From: an uncultured delta proteobacterium
GTDB lineage: Bacteria > Desulfobacterota > Binatia > UTPRO1
Direction of reading: 5' to 3'
NCBI GenBank assembly: GCA_963774015.1
Contig: CAVZDH010000001.1
Span: forward strand, 451,064-515,063
DNA: 64,000 bases
Position 1 is the first letter of the stretch; each line of letters begins with the position of its first letter. The translations under genes were made by a program, and so were the position numbers. Shown piece by piece: positions 1 through 9,284 of this stretch. The notes below the pieces were generated by a model. The model was not told the DNA's origin, made no database searches, and saw only the letters and a list, made by a program, of their open reading frames with translations.

Positions 1-16
1 GGCTAGTCGGTCGGAC

Positions 17-1030
17 ATGACCGTGCTCGCCAGCGATCTCCCCGACGTCTTCGATGCGCTCACCAGCTACCAACGCACCGCCGCCTTGAAGGCGGCGATC
101 GAGCTCGACGTGTTCACCGCGATCGGCGAAGGCGCGGCGACGCTTCCGGCGCTCGCGGAGCGCGTCGGCGCGGCGGCGCGGGGTGTACGGGCGCTCTGCA
201 GCCGTCTCGTCGTCGACGGCTTTCTCGGCTTCGAAGCCGGCCGTTACTCGCTGTCACCGGCGGCCGAGATGTTTCTCGACCGCCGCTCGCCGGCGTTCGC
301 GGGCTCGGCCGTCACGTTTCTCACCTCGCCGCACATCGTGCACGGGTTCGATCTCCTGACGGAGGCGGTGCGTCGCGGCGGGACGGCGCTCGGCGCGGAG
401 AATACGCTCGCGCCCGAGCATCCGGTGTGGGTCGAGTTCGCGCGCGCCATGGCCCCCTTCGCGCGCTTCACTGGCAAGCTCCTCGCCAACGTGTTGGACG
501 CGCGCGCGGGGGCGCCGTGGAAGGTCCTCGACGTCGCCGCGGGCCACGGCATGTACGGCATCACGCTCCTCGAGGAAAACCCGCACGCCGAGGTAGTCGC
601 GCTCGACTGGGCGAACGTGCTCGTGGTGGCGCGCGAGCACGCCGAGCAGGCGGGCATCGCGGCTCGCCTGCGGACGCTCGCGGGCAGCGCCTTCGAGGTC
701 GACTGGGGCGCGGGATACGACCTCGTGCTCCTGCCGAACTTTCTCCATCACTTCGACGAGCCCGGGTGCGTCGAGCTGCTCGGGAGAGCGCGCCGCGCGC
801 TCGCGCCCGGTGGGCGGGTCGTGATCGTCGAGTTCGTGCCGAACGACGATCGCGTCGCGCCGCCCGAGGCGGCGAGCTTCGCGCTCACGATGCTGGCGTC
901 GACGCCGGCCGGCGACGCCTACACGTTCGCCGAGTACGCGGCGATGCTGCGTAGCGCCGGGTTCGGGCCGCCGACGCTTCACGACCTCACGCCCGCGCCG
1001 AATCGCGCCATCGTCGCGTCGAACCCGTAA
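17..1030 (+). CDS. Class I SAM-dependent O-methyltransferase (dimerisation domain plus methyltransferase fold)
   Basis: 337-aa ORF; SAM-binding motif region LDVAAGHGMYGI and overall plant/bacterial O-methyltransferase-like layout (CrtF/hydroxyneurosporene-OMT-like). Confidence 0.8.
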   Translation: MTVLASDLPDVFDALTSYQRTAALKAAIELDVFTAIGEGAATLPALAERVGAAARGVRALCSRLVVDGFLGFEAGRYSLSPAAEMFLDRRSPAFAGSAVTFLTSPHIVHGFDLLTEAVRRGGTALGAENTLAPEHPVWVEFARAMAPFARFTGKLLANVLDARAGAPWKVLDVAAGHGMYGITLLEENPHAEVVALDWANVLVVAREHAEQAGIAARLRTLAGSAFEVDWGAGYDLVLLPNFLHHFDEPGCVELLGRARRALAPGGRVVIVEFVPNDDRVAPPEAASFALTMLASTPAGDAYTFAEYAAMLRSAGFGPPTLHDLTPAPNRAIVASNP

Positions 1031-1124
1031 CGACGCGGGTCTCGTCCGAGCTCGGCACGTCGGACGGCATCGGCACCCGCCATCGCTCGACAGCCCGGGC
1101 GGCGCGGTGTAGTCGCCGCGCGCC

Positions 1125-1447
1125 ATGCGTTGGTTGCGCCGGCTCGTGCCCGTCGCGCTCCTGCTCGCGTCGACGCTCCTCGCCTGGGGCGTGCTCGAGG
1201 CGGGTCTCCGCCTCGGCGGGTGGCGCATCGATCTCCAAAGCGAATGGATGCTCGGGGGACGTTTCGGACGCCACATCCCGACGCCTTCTTCGACGCGGGA
1301 CGCGATCCCGCCGAACGCGGCTTTCGCCACCTGAACGAGCGCGGCTACGCGCGGCTCGCCGTGCTGGTTGCGCGGCGACTGACGCACGACGGGACGCTCG
1401 TCGCCGCGGCGCGCATGCCCTGGACCATCACCCGACGGGACCGATAA
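1125..1447 (+). pseudogene. Possible SGNH/GDSL-hydrolase remnant (signal peptide in one frame, C-terminal block in another)
   Basis: Frame A gives signal-peptide-like MRWLRRLVPVALLLASTLLAWG; overlapping frame B gives GFRHLNERGYARLAVLVARRL, resembling the C-terminal His block of SGNH hydrolases; no intact ORF of normal length. Confidence 0.3.
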
Positions 1448-1458
1448 GAGACCGCGCG

Positions 1459-2679
1459 ATGCCGACGGATGCCGAGACCGTTCCCGCGGACGCCGGCGCG
1501 CAATCCGACTACGTGAGCGCGCTCGTCGCCACGTTTCTCGGCTGGACGCTCGATGCGTTCGACTTCTTCATCCTGGTCTTCGTCCTGCCGAGCGTCGCGC
1601 AGGACTTCGGCGTCGACGTGCCGGCGATCGCGCTCTCCATCACGGTCACGCTCGCGTTCCGTCCGATCGGCGCCTTCATCTTCGGGCTCATGGCCGATCG
1701 CTACGGTCGCCGCCTGCCGTTGATGATCGACCTCGTCTTCTATTCGGTCGTGGAGGTGCTGTCGGGGCTCGCCCCGAGCTACGCCTGGTTTCTCGTGCTG
1801 CGCGCGCTCTTCGGCATCGGCATGGGCGGCGAGTGGGGAGTGGGGGCCTCGCTCGCGATGGAGAAGGTGCCGCCGCGTTGGCGGGGCCTGCTCTCGGGTG
1901 TGCTCCAGGAGGGCTATGCCGTCGGCTACCTGCTCGCGGCGTGCTGCTACTTCCTCGTGTTTCCACGCTGGGGGTGGCGCCCCATGTTCTTCATCGGCGG
2001 CCTGCCGGCGCTCCTCGCGCTCTTCGTGCGCATGCGCGTGAAGGAGTCGACGGTCTGGGAGCAGACGCGGCATGCGAGCTGGTCGGCGCTCGGCCGCGCG
2101 ATCGTCGCCGAGTGGCGGCTCTTTCTCTACCTCACGGCGCTCATGACGATGATGGACTTCATCTCGCACGGCACGCAGGACATGTACCCGACCTTCCTCA
2201 AGATCGAGCGCGGCTTCGGCCCGCGGGACGTGGCGCTGATCGCGATCGTCTACAACGTCGGCGCGCTCATCGGCGGCATCGCCTTCGGGCATTTCTCGGA
2301 CCGCATCGGCCGCCGCCGCAGCATCGTGCTCGCCCTCGCGCTCGCGATGCTGGTGATCCCGCTCTGGGCCTACGCGCCGACCACCGCCGGCCTGGTCGCC
2401 GGTGCGTTCGTGATGCAGTTCATGGTGCAGGGCGCGTGGGGCGTGATTCCGGCGCACATCACCGAGCTCTCCCCCGATTCGGTGCGCGGCTTCCTTCCCG
2501 GATTCGCCTACCAATGCGGCGTGCTGCTCGCGAGCAGCGTCGCCTACGTCGAAGCGGTGTTCGCGACCCACACTTCGTACGCGAACGCGATGGCGCTCAC
2601 GGCCTTCACCGTCTTCACGCTCGGCGCGGCGGTCGTCGCGCTCGGGCGAGAGCGGCGGGGCGCGCGCTTCGGCGGGTGA
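1459..2679 (+). CDS. MFS transporter
   Basis: 406 aa, multiple hydrophobic helices, MFS signature GLMADRYGRRLPLM (loop 2-3 motif) and a second FGHFSDRIGRRRS repeat. Confidence 0.85.
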   Translation: MPTDAETVPADAGAQSDYVSALVATFLGWTLDAFDFFILVFVLPSVAQDFGVDVPAIALSITVTLAFRPIGAFIFGLMADRYGRRLPLMIDLVFYSVVEVLSGLAPSYAWFLVLRALFGIGMGGEWGVGASLAMEKVPPRWRGLLSGVLQEGYAVGYLLAACCYFLVFPRWGWRPMFFIGGLPALLALFVRMRVKESTVWEQTRHASWSALGRAIVAEWRLFLYLTALMTMMDFISHGTQDMYPTFLKIERGFGPRDVALIAIVYNVGALIGGIAFGHFSDRIGRRRSIVLALALAMLVIPLWAYAPTTAGLVAGAFVMQFMVQGAWGVIPAHITELSPDSVRGFLPGFAYQCGVLLASSVAYVEAVFATHTSYANAMALTAFTVFTLGAAVVALGRERRGARFGG

Positions 2680-2722
2680 GGTGCAGGATGGTCGAATGCT
2701 CGGGAATCGTCGCAATGAGCCT

Positions 2723-3697
2723 TCATTCCCCCTCGGGAGGCGGCGCCAGCGGATCGAGGACGACGGCGCTTCGCGACGTCGGCGGCAGCACCTCGGCGAG
2801 TCCGGCGCGGATCGCGGTGACGAGGGCGTCGGTCACCCGGCGGCGGAGATGGCTGCGAGCGGTGACGAGCCCGATCTCCCGCACGGGAGCGGGGGCTACC
2901 AGCGGTCGGACCTGGCGCTTGCGCCGGGCGGCGGGCAGGGCGCGCACCACGAGCTCGGGCAGGACGGTCGCGCCGAGCCCCTCGTCCACGAGTCGCACCA
3001 GGGTCTCGAAGCTGCCGCTCTCGAACTGGATGCGTGCCGGGCGTGGACGGGGCTCGGCGCCGCAGTACGAGAGGACTTGGCTTCGAAAGCAGTGTCCCTC
3101 GGGCATGATCCAGAGCTCGCGCTCGCTGAGCGCGGTCTGGCTCACGGTCTTCCTGCGCAGCAGCGGGTCGCCGAGCGGGAGATAGGCGAGCAAGCGCTCG
3201 AGCCCCAACACCTCCTCGCGGAGGCCGGCGACCCGGAGCGGTGTCGCGACGAGCCCGGCGTCGAGCGTGTCGGAACGAAGCCGTGCGATCGCCTCTTCGG
3301 TCTTGAGCTCCTCGATCGCGAGCTCGACGCGCGGATGGGCGGCGGCGAATCCGCCGACGAAGAGCGGCAGGACCGTCGGCGCGAGCGTCGGGATGACCCC
3401 GAGCCGAAAACGGCCCGCGGGCTCGTCGCCCTCGGCCACGACCTGTCCGAGGCGCTCGGTCTCGCGCAGCACCGTCCGCATCTGCGCGAGCGCCGGGACG
3501 CCTTCCGGCGTGACGAGGAGGGGCTTCTTGCTGCGGTCGAAGAGCACCAAGCCGAGCAGACCCTCGAGCTTGCCGATCTGCATGCTGAGGCCGGGCTGGG
3601 AGACGTGGCAGCGCTCGGCGGCCTGACGAAAGCTGTGGGCGTCGTCGACGGCGATCGCATACCGCATCTGGGCGAGGGTGACCTGGCTCAGATCCAT
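2723..3697 (-). CDS. oxyR: LysR-family transcriptional regulator, OxyR-like
   Basis: N-terminal LysR HTH (LAQMRYAIAVDDAHSFRQAAERCHVSQPGLSMQIGKLE); divergently adjacent to ahpC, the canonical oxyR context. Confidence 0.75.
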   Translation of the reverse strand: MDLSQVTLAQMRYAIAVDDAHSFRQAAERCHVSQPGLSMQIGKLEGLLGLVLFDRSKKPLLVTPEGVPALAQMRTVLRETERLGQVVAEGDEPAGRFRLGVIPTLAPTVLPLFVGGFAAAHPRVELAIEELKTEEAIARLRSDTLDAGLVATPLRVAGLREEVLGLERLLAYLPLGDPLLRRKTVSQTALSERELWIMPEGHCFRSQVLSYCGAEPRPRPARIQFESGSFETLVRLVDEGLGATVLPELVVRALPAARRKRQVRPLVAPAPVREIGLVTARSHLRRRVTDALVTAIRAGLAEVLPPTSRSAVVLDPLAPPPEGE

Positions 3698-3828
3698 GCC
3701 GTGAGCCTGACATAAGTTATACTTAAGTCAAATTAGAAACGTTCGATTCGACTTCTGGCGGTTCGGGTCGCATACAGCAGGGGCGGGCGCGGTGCCCGAC
3801 ATCGTCAACGACAGCCAAGGAGGAGCGC
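3698..3828. promoter_or_regulatory. Divergent oxyR/ahpC promoter region with AT-rich near-palindromic element and ahpC RBS
   Basis: AT-rich island ATAAGTTATACTTAAGTCAAATTAGAAA in an otherwise 70% GC context; AAGGAGGA 6 nt upstream of the ahpC ATG. Confidence 0.4.
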
Positions 3829-4392
3829 ATGTCTCTCATCAACACGACCATCAAACCGTTCAACGCCACGGCCTTCCACGACGGCAAGTTCGTCGAGGTC
3901 TCCGACGAGTCCATTCGCGGTCGCTGGAGCGTCTTCGTGTTCTACCCGGCCGATTTCACGTTCGTATGTCCCACCGAGCTCGAGGACCTGGCCGACCACT
4001 ACGCCGAGTTCACGAAGCTCGGCGTCGAGGTCTACGGCGTCTCGACCGACACGCACTTCGCGCACAAGGCCTGGCACGACACGTCGGAGGCCATCAAGAA
4101 GGTGCGCTATCCGCTGGTCGGCGACCCGACCGCCACCCTCGCCCGCAACTTCGACGTGCTGATCGAGGAGGAGGGGCTCGCGCTTCGCGGCAGCTTCGTC
4201 GTCGATCCCGACGGCAAGATCAAGCTTTGCGAGATCCACGACAACGGCATCGGCCGCGACGCGAAAGAGCTGCTCCGCAAGGTCAAGGCCGCCCAGTACG
4301 TGGCCTCGCATCCCGGCGAGGTCTGCCCCGCGAAGTGGCAAGAGGGCGCGAAGACGCTGAAACCGTCGCTCGACCTCGTCGGCAAGATCTAA
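3829..4392 (+). CDS. ahpC: Alkyl hydroperoxide reductase subunit C (2-Cys peroxiredoxin)
   Basis: 187 aa; peroxidatic Cys motif FTFVCPTEL and resolving Cys near C-terminus (EVCPAKW); near full-length similarity to AhpC. Confidence 0.95.
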   Translation: MSLINTTIKPFNATAFHDGKFVEVSDESIRGRWSVFVFYPADFTFVCPTELEDLADHYAEFTKLGVEVYGVSTDTHFAHKAWHDTSEAIKKVRYPLVGDPTATLARNFDVLIEEEGLALRGSFVVDPDGKIKLCEIHDNGIGRDAKELLRKVKAAQYVASHPGEVCPAKWQEGAKTLKPSLDLVGKI

Positions 4393-4410
4393 GGGGAGGA
4401 CGCGACCGCC

Positions 4411-5043
4411 ATGCTCGACGACGCGATGAAGGCGCAGTTGACGCAGTACCTCACGCACCTGCGACGACCGATCCGGATCACGGCCGCGCTCGACGACGGC
4501 CCCGACTCCACGGCGCTGCGCGAGCTCCTCCGGGACGTCGCCGCGGCGTCGAGCATGGTGGAGGTCGTCGACGACGACGGCACGCCGGACGACGGGGCCG
4601 GCATCCGCCGTCCCTCGTTCGCGATCCATCTGCCGGGCGAGGCGGCGCGCGTGCGCTTCGCCGGCGTGCCGCTCGGGCACGAGCTCACGTCGCTCGTGCT
4701 CGCGCTGCTGCACGTCGGCGGACACCCGCCGAAGGTCGGCGCCGAGGTGCTGGCGCAAGTGGACGGCCTCGGCGGGACCTATCATTTCGAGACGTACTTC
4801 TCGCAGTCCTGTCAGAACTGTCCCGACGTGGTGCAGGCCTTGAACCTGATGGCCGTCCGCAATCCGAACGTCACGCACGTCGCGATCGACGGCGCGACCT
4901 TCCAGGCCGAGGTCGACGACGCGTCAGGTGATGGCGCCGGCGAGATCATCGTCGACGACCACGGGCGCACGAACGTCCCGGGCGTCTTTGCGGCCGGCGA
5001 CGTGACCACCGTGCACGACGAGTCCGCCGTAGCCTCGCAACCG
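4411..5043 (+). pseudogene. ahpF: ahpF remnant: AhpF N-terminal thioredoxin-like domain joined to the last ~30 residues, FAD/NAD domain deleted
   Basis: N-terminus matches AhpF (MLDDAMKAQLTQYL...RFAGVPLGHELTSLVLALL...SQSCQNCPDVVQALNLMAV...HVAIDGATFQAEVDD) then jumps to the AhpF C-terminal block GEIIVDDHGRTNVPGVFAAGDVTTV; ~300 aa of reductase core absent and downstream frame is nonsense. Confidence 0.7.
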
Positions 5044-5128
5044 GTCTGCGACGTCGCATGTGCTCCCCGGATTGACTGCGTGTGGGCCCTCGGCGAGAAC
5101 TCTCGGCGACGCAACGCCGAGAGGAATC

Positions 5129-6851
5129 ATGGGACGCGACATACTGCTTCGGGTGCTTGCCGTGGCGATGGCCTTCGGCGTGATGGTCGCTGGCGAATCC
5201 AAGGCGATCGCCTCGCCGATCTCGCTGTTGATCCCGCAGTCGACGGCGTTCACGGTGCTCGGTCACTCGTGCGGGGGGATCCAGGAGCAGGCCTTCGCGA
5301 CCGGCTTCGATGTGATGAGCGGCGATCCGACCGGTGACGTCTATCTGCAGACGCGTTGCGGTGGCAGCGGCAGGGGCGGCGGGTACCACACCACGACGTA
5401 CTCCGCCTGGGTCGCGGTGACCTGGGACTTCACGGGGGCGCCGGTGTCGCATGCGGTCCTCCCGTCCCCCCCGGCGGACGTCGACCCGAGCTTTTCGGCG
5501 TTCGATGGGTCCGGGAACGAGCTGTACGACGTGCTCAACGCGGTGAACGTGGCGCCGGCGAGCTGCGCGGTCGGCAACACGACCTATTGCACCTATCGAG
5601 CGTATCTCGTCCTGGCCTCCGGGTTCGTCGCCGCGCCGCGAGTGACGAGCGTGTCGGTGACCTCCGGGCCGGCCGCCGGTGGCACGAGCGTCGCCATCGC
5701 CGGAACCGGATTCACCGGCGCGACGGCGGTGACCTTCGGCGACGTCCCCGCGGCGGGCTTCACCGTGAACGCCGACACCTCCATCACGGCGGTCTCGCCG
5801 GCCGCGAGCGCAGGTACCGTCGACGTCGCGGTCATGACGGACGGTGGCACGAGCGCGGCGAGCGCGAGCGATCGGTTCACCTTCGTTGCCGCGCCCACCG
5901 TGTCGGGGATCGATCCCGACGGCGGTCCGGTCGACGGCGGGACTCTGGTGGCGATCAGCGGCGCGAGCTTCATCGACGTGATCGCGGTCTACTTCGGGGA
6001 GACGCCGGCGGGGTTCACCGTGAACGACGACGGGTCGATCACCGCGGTCTCACCGCCGGCCGAGGCTCCCGACACGGTCGAGGTCAGGGTCGTGACGGTC
6101 GGCGGAACGAGCGCCGATTCGGCGGCCTTCGCGTACACGACCTCCGCCCCGGGCTCGGTCTGCGGCGACGCGATCGTCGATCCCGGGGAGCAATGCGACG
6201 ACGGCGCCGCCGACGGTACGCCCGGCGATTGCTGCACCGCTACATGCACGTTCCGGACGGCGGGCACGGCCTGCGTCGACGACGGCAGCCTCTGTACCTC
6301 GGACGTCTGCGAGGGCGGTGCGTGCACGCACGTCGGCCGCGCCGGCGCTCGCGTGCACGCCGCCGGACGTCGCGGGGGGCGCATCCTTGCTCGTGCGTCG
6401 GCTGCGGTCGGGTCGGAACCAGGTGCAGCTCCTGTGGGGCAAGGGACCGACCGTTCCGCTCACGGCTTTCGGCGATCCCAGCGCCGGTGCGACGTTCCAG
6501 CTCTGCGTCTACGACGAGACGGGCTCCGGCACGCCGGCGCTCGCCGTGACGGGCTCGCCCTCGGAGAGCGGCGGCGGGCACTGGACGCGGACACGCACGC
6601 AATGGAGGTTCCGCAGTGCAACCGGGGCGCCCGACGGCATCACCGCGGTGACGCTCACGGGTGCGACGGTCCCGCTGAAGGCGAAGGTCCAGGTGAAAGC
6701 GACGACCGGACCACTGCCGGTGCCGCTTCCCTGGCGGCACGATCCGAGCGTCGTCGCGCAGCTGAGGACGTCGTCCGGTGCATGCTGGGGCGCCACCTTC
6801 TCGGCTCCGACGGTCGACTCGGCGACCGAGCTCAAGACGAAGTCGGATTGA
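5129..6851 (+). CDS. Secreted IPT/TIG-repeat protein with myxo-type cysteine-rich repeat and conserved C-terminal domain (frameshift near 6320-6350)
   Basis: Signal peptide MGRDILLRVLAVAMAFGVMVAG; three IPT/TIG-like repeats (VTSVSVTSGPAAGGTSVAIAGTGFTGA...); Cys-rich CGDAIVDPGEQCDDGAADGTPGDCCTATC; C-terminal block continues in a second frame (ORF 6318-6851) and is homologous to the C-terminus of the 53759-59008 protein. Confidence 0.6.
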
Positions 6852-7074
6852 GTGAAGCCCCTCGACGACTCGGATCGACGGTGTCCGATCCCGTCCTCCG
6901 CTCCCGCAAGTTCTTGCACGTCGCCCTTCCGGCGGGCGCAAACTCTGGCACGGTCGACCCACGATCGCGCCCGAGCGGCGACGCGCGGCACGGCCGTTTT
7001 CTGGCACTTCGCGTGCAACGGCCGCTTCGCATGAGCGCAACTCCCGTCTCCTGCTCGTTCCTCCGTACGCTCGC

Positions 7075-8178
7075 TTGACGACGCTCATGCTCACGGTGCT
7101 GGCGTTGTGGTTGCTGGCGGCCCTCGTCTATCGCTGGCTCGCCCTCGATGCCGTCGGCCGTCTTTGCACGCCGTCCGCTCCCGCCGTCGCCACGGCGGCG
7201 GCGCCGGCTCCATTCCAGGTGGTGGCGATTCGTCCGTTGCATGGGGCGGCGTCTTGGCTCGAGCCCTGTCTCGAGAGCCTCTGGCGCGAGGCCGCCGCGA
7301 CGCGTACGCCGCTCGTGATCGGTTGGACCGACAGCAACGATCCCGCGGGAGCGGTGGTCGCGTCGCTACAGGCGCGCGCCTCCTGGCCGGCCCTCGTGCG
7401 GGTCGGACCGGGCCCGTCCGGCGCCAATCCAAAGGTCGCGAACATGATCCAGATGACCTCGGGTGTCGCGGCCGACGTGTTGTTGCAGTCGGATGCCGAC
7501 GTGCGCGTCCCTTCGGGATACGTCGCGGCCATGACCGCGCCGTTCGCCGACCCGTCGGTCGGTCTCGCGACCTGCCCCTATCGCAGCGTTCCCGGGTCGG
7601 GAATCGCAAGCCGTCTCGACGCCTTGATGACCAACACGCACTTCCTGCCGAGTGCCTGCCTGGCGGTGCGCCTGGAAGGCCTCCATTTCGGCCTCGGCGC
7701 GACCATCGCCGTCCGTGCCTCGGCGCTGGAGCGCGCGGGGGGCCTCGCGGCCTTGCTCGGGACGCCCGCTGACGACTACATGCTTGCCCGCAACGTCGAG
7801 GCGGCGGGATCGCGGCTCGCGTGGGTGCCGATGGTGGTCGAGCATGCGGTCGACGAGCGGTCCTGGCGCGCCGTGCTGCGCCGTCACCTGCGATGGGCGC
7901 GGGTCACCCGAACCGTCCGGTTCTGGGGCTATCTCGGGCAGATGTTCACGCACGGCAGCGTGCCGATGCTGCTGGTGTCCGTGTACGTCGCGGCGACCGC
8001 GCGGCTCGCCGCCGTGTTCCTGCCGGTCGGCTGGTGGACGTTGCAGATGACGGCGCTCTGGCGTCAACGGTCGGCGCTCGGCTTGCGTGCCCGCGATCTC
8101 CCGCTCGTGCCACTCGCCGATCTCGGCGCGTTCCTCGTCTTCCTGGGGGGCATCGTCGGTCGCGCCGAGCCGAGCTGA
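7075..8178 (+). CDS. hpnI: Glycosyltransferase family 2, hopanoid-associated HpnI-like
   Basis: 367 aa membrane-anchored GT2-like protein (DADVRVPSGYV, ceramide-glucosyltransferase-like) immediately upstream of hpnJ/hpnK homologues. Confidence 0.65.
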   Translation: MTTLMLTVLALWLLAALVYRWLALDAVGRLCTPSAPAVATAAAPAPFQVVAIRPLHGAASWLEPCLESLWREAAATRTPLVIGWTDSNDPAGAVVASLQARASWPALVRVGPGPSGANPKVANMIQMTSGVAADVLLQSDADVRVPSGYVAAMTAPFADPSVGLATCPYRSVPGSGIASRLDALMTNTHFLPSACLAVRLEGLHFGLGATIAVRASALERAGGLAALLGTPADDYMLARNVEAAGSRLAWVPMVVEHAVDERSWRAVLRRHLRWARVTRTVRFWGYLGQMFTHGSVPMLLVSVYVAATARLAAVFLPVGWWTLQMTALWRQRSALGLRARDLPLVPLADLGAFLVFLGGIVGRAEPS

Positions 8179-8189
8179 CCGCGGTGACG

Positions 8190-9284
8190 ATGCCGGCCTT
8201 CGCCGTGGTGCTCTCGGCGCCGTACGGCACGCAACCGTCGGTGGCGGGCCTGACGCCGGCGGAGCGTACGCGCCGCGCGCTCGCGATGCAGCGGCACGAG
8301 GACATGCCGTCGGGCGACGATGCCCCGACGCTCTTCATCGCTGCCGATGCGCTCGTCGAACCCGATGCCATCGCGGCCCTGCTCGCAGCGGCGGCGCGAA
8401 AGGGGGCGGCGATCGCGGCGGGCGACGATCCCGAGCGTCCCGCGGTGATCGCGATGTCGGTGCGCGAGGCGCGGGCGCGTCGGTTGACGGCGACCGATCA
8501 GCTGGCCGGCTGCGCCGCGGCGCTTCGACGCGACGGCGGCGTCCAGATCGTCGACGTCGGCGAGGCGCTGTGTCTGCGGGTCGACCAACCCGCGACCGCG
8601 GCACGGGTGACCCGAATCCTCCTCGCGCGCCTCATCCGTCCCACCGACGGATTCCTCGCCCGCCACTTCGATCGCTACGTGTCGCGCCGTCTCTCCGTGC
8701 ATCTGGTCGCCCGCGGCGTTTCCCCCAACGTGGTGACCGTCGGGGCGACCTTGGTCGGGCTCGCGGGCGCCGGACTGCTTGCCGATGCCCATCGGCTGGG
8801 GCGCGTTCTCGGTGCGGCGCTCTTCGTGATCTCGACCATCTTGGACGGTTGCGACGGCGAGGTCGCCCGTCTCGCGCTCCGCTGTTCCGACTTCGGGCGA
8901 CGATTGGATCTCGTCGGCGACAACGTGGTCAACGCCGCGGTGTTCGCGGCGCTCGCCTACGCGCTCGCGCACGGCGCCGACGGCGGCATCTCGTCGGCGG
9001 TGGTGTGGGTCACGGCGGCGGGATTCGTGGTCGCGACCCTTACGGGATTCGTGTTCTCGAGCTGGCTCGCGCGCACTCGACGCGTCATCGAGCGCGATTG
9101 GTACGAGCGTCTCACGGGCCGCGACTTCGCGTACGTCATCCTCGTGCTCGCGATCGTCGGCCGCCTCGACTGGTTCGTGGGGCTGGCCGGCATCGGCTGT
9201 TTCGTCTTCGCCGCGGCCGTCCTGGCGTATTGGGCATGGCTGTCTCGGCAGCCGATGCCTCCCAGCGACCGCGGCGGTCAGTGA
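8190..9284 (+). CDS. CDP-alcohol phosphatidyltransferase family protein with N-terminal extension
   Basis: C-terminal half carries the CDP-OH transferase motif DGCDGEVARLALRCSDFGRRLDLVGD; N-terminal ~150 aa of unclear fold; ATG at 8190 just after the hpnI stop. Confidence 0.7.
   Translation: MPAFAVVLSAPYGTQPSVAGLTPAERTRRALAMQRHEDMPSGDDAPTLFIAADALVEPDAIAALLAAAARKGAAIAAGDDPERPAVIAMSVREARARRLTATDQLAGCAAALRRDGGVQIVDVGEALCLRVDQPATAARVTRILLARLIRPTDGFLARHFDRYVSRRLSVHLVARGVSPNVVTVGATLVGLAGAGLLADAHRLGRVLGAALFVISTILDGCDGEVARLALRCSDFGRRLDLVGDNVVNAAVFAALAYALAHGADGGISSAVVWVTAAGFVVATLTGFVFSSWLARTRRVIERDWYERLTGRDFAYVILVLAIVGRLDWFVGLAGIGCFVFAAAVLAYWAWLSRQPMPPSDRGGQ

Noticed and set aside
254-2715. Long minus-strand ORFs (254-1387, 1345-2715)
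   Set aside because: Antisense to the O-methyltransferase and MFS transporter genes, which have clear family features; Arg-rich translations.
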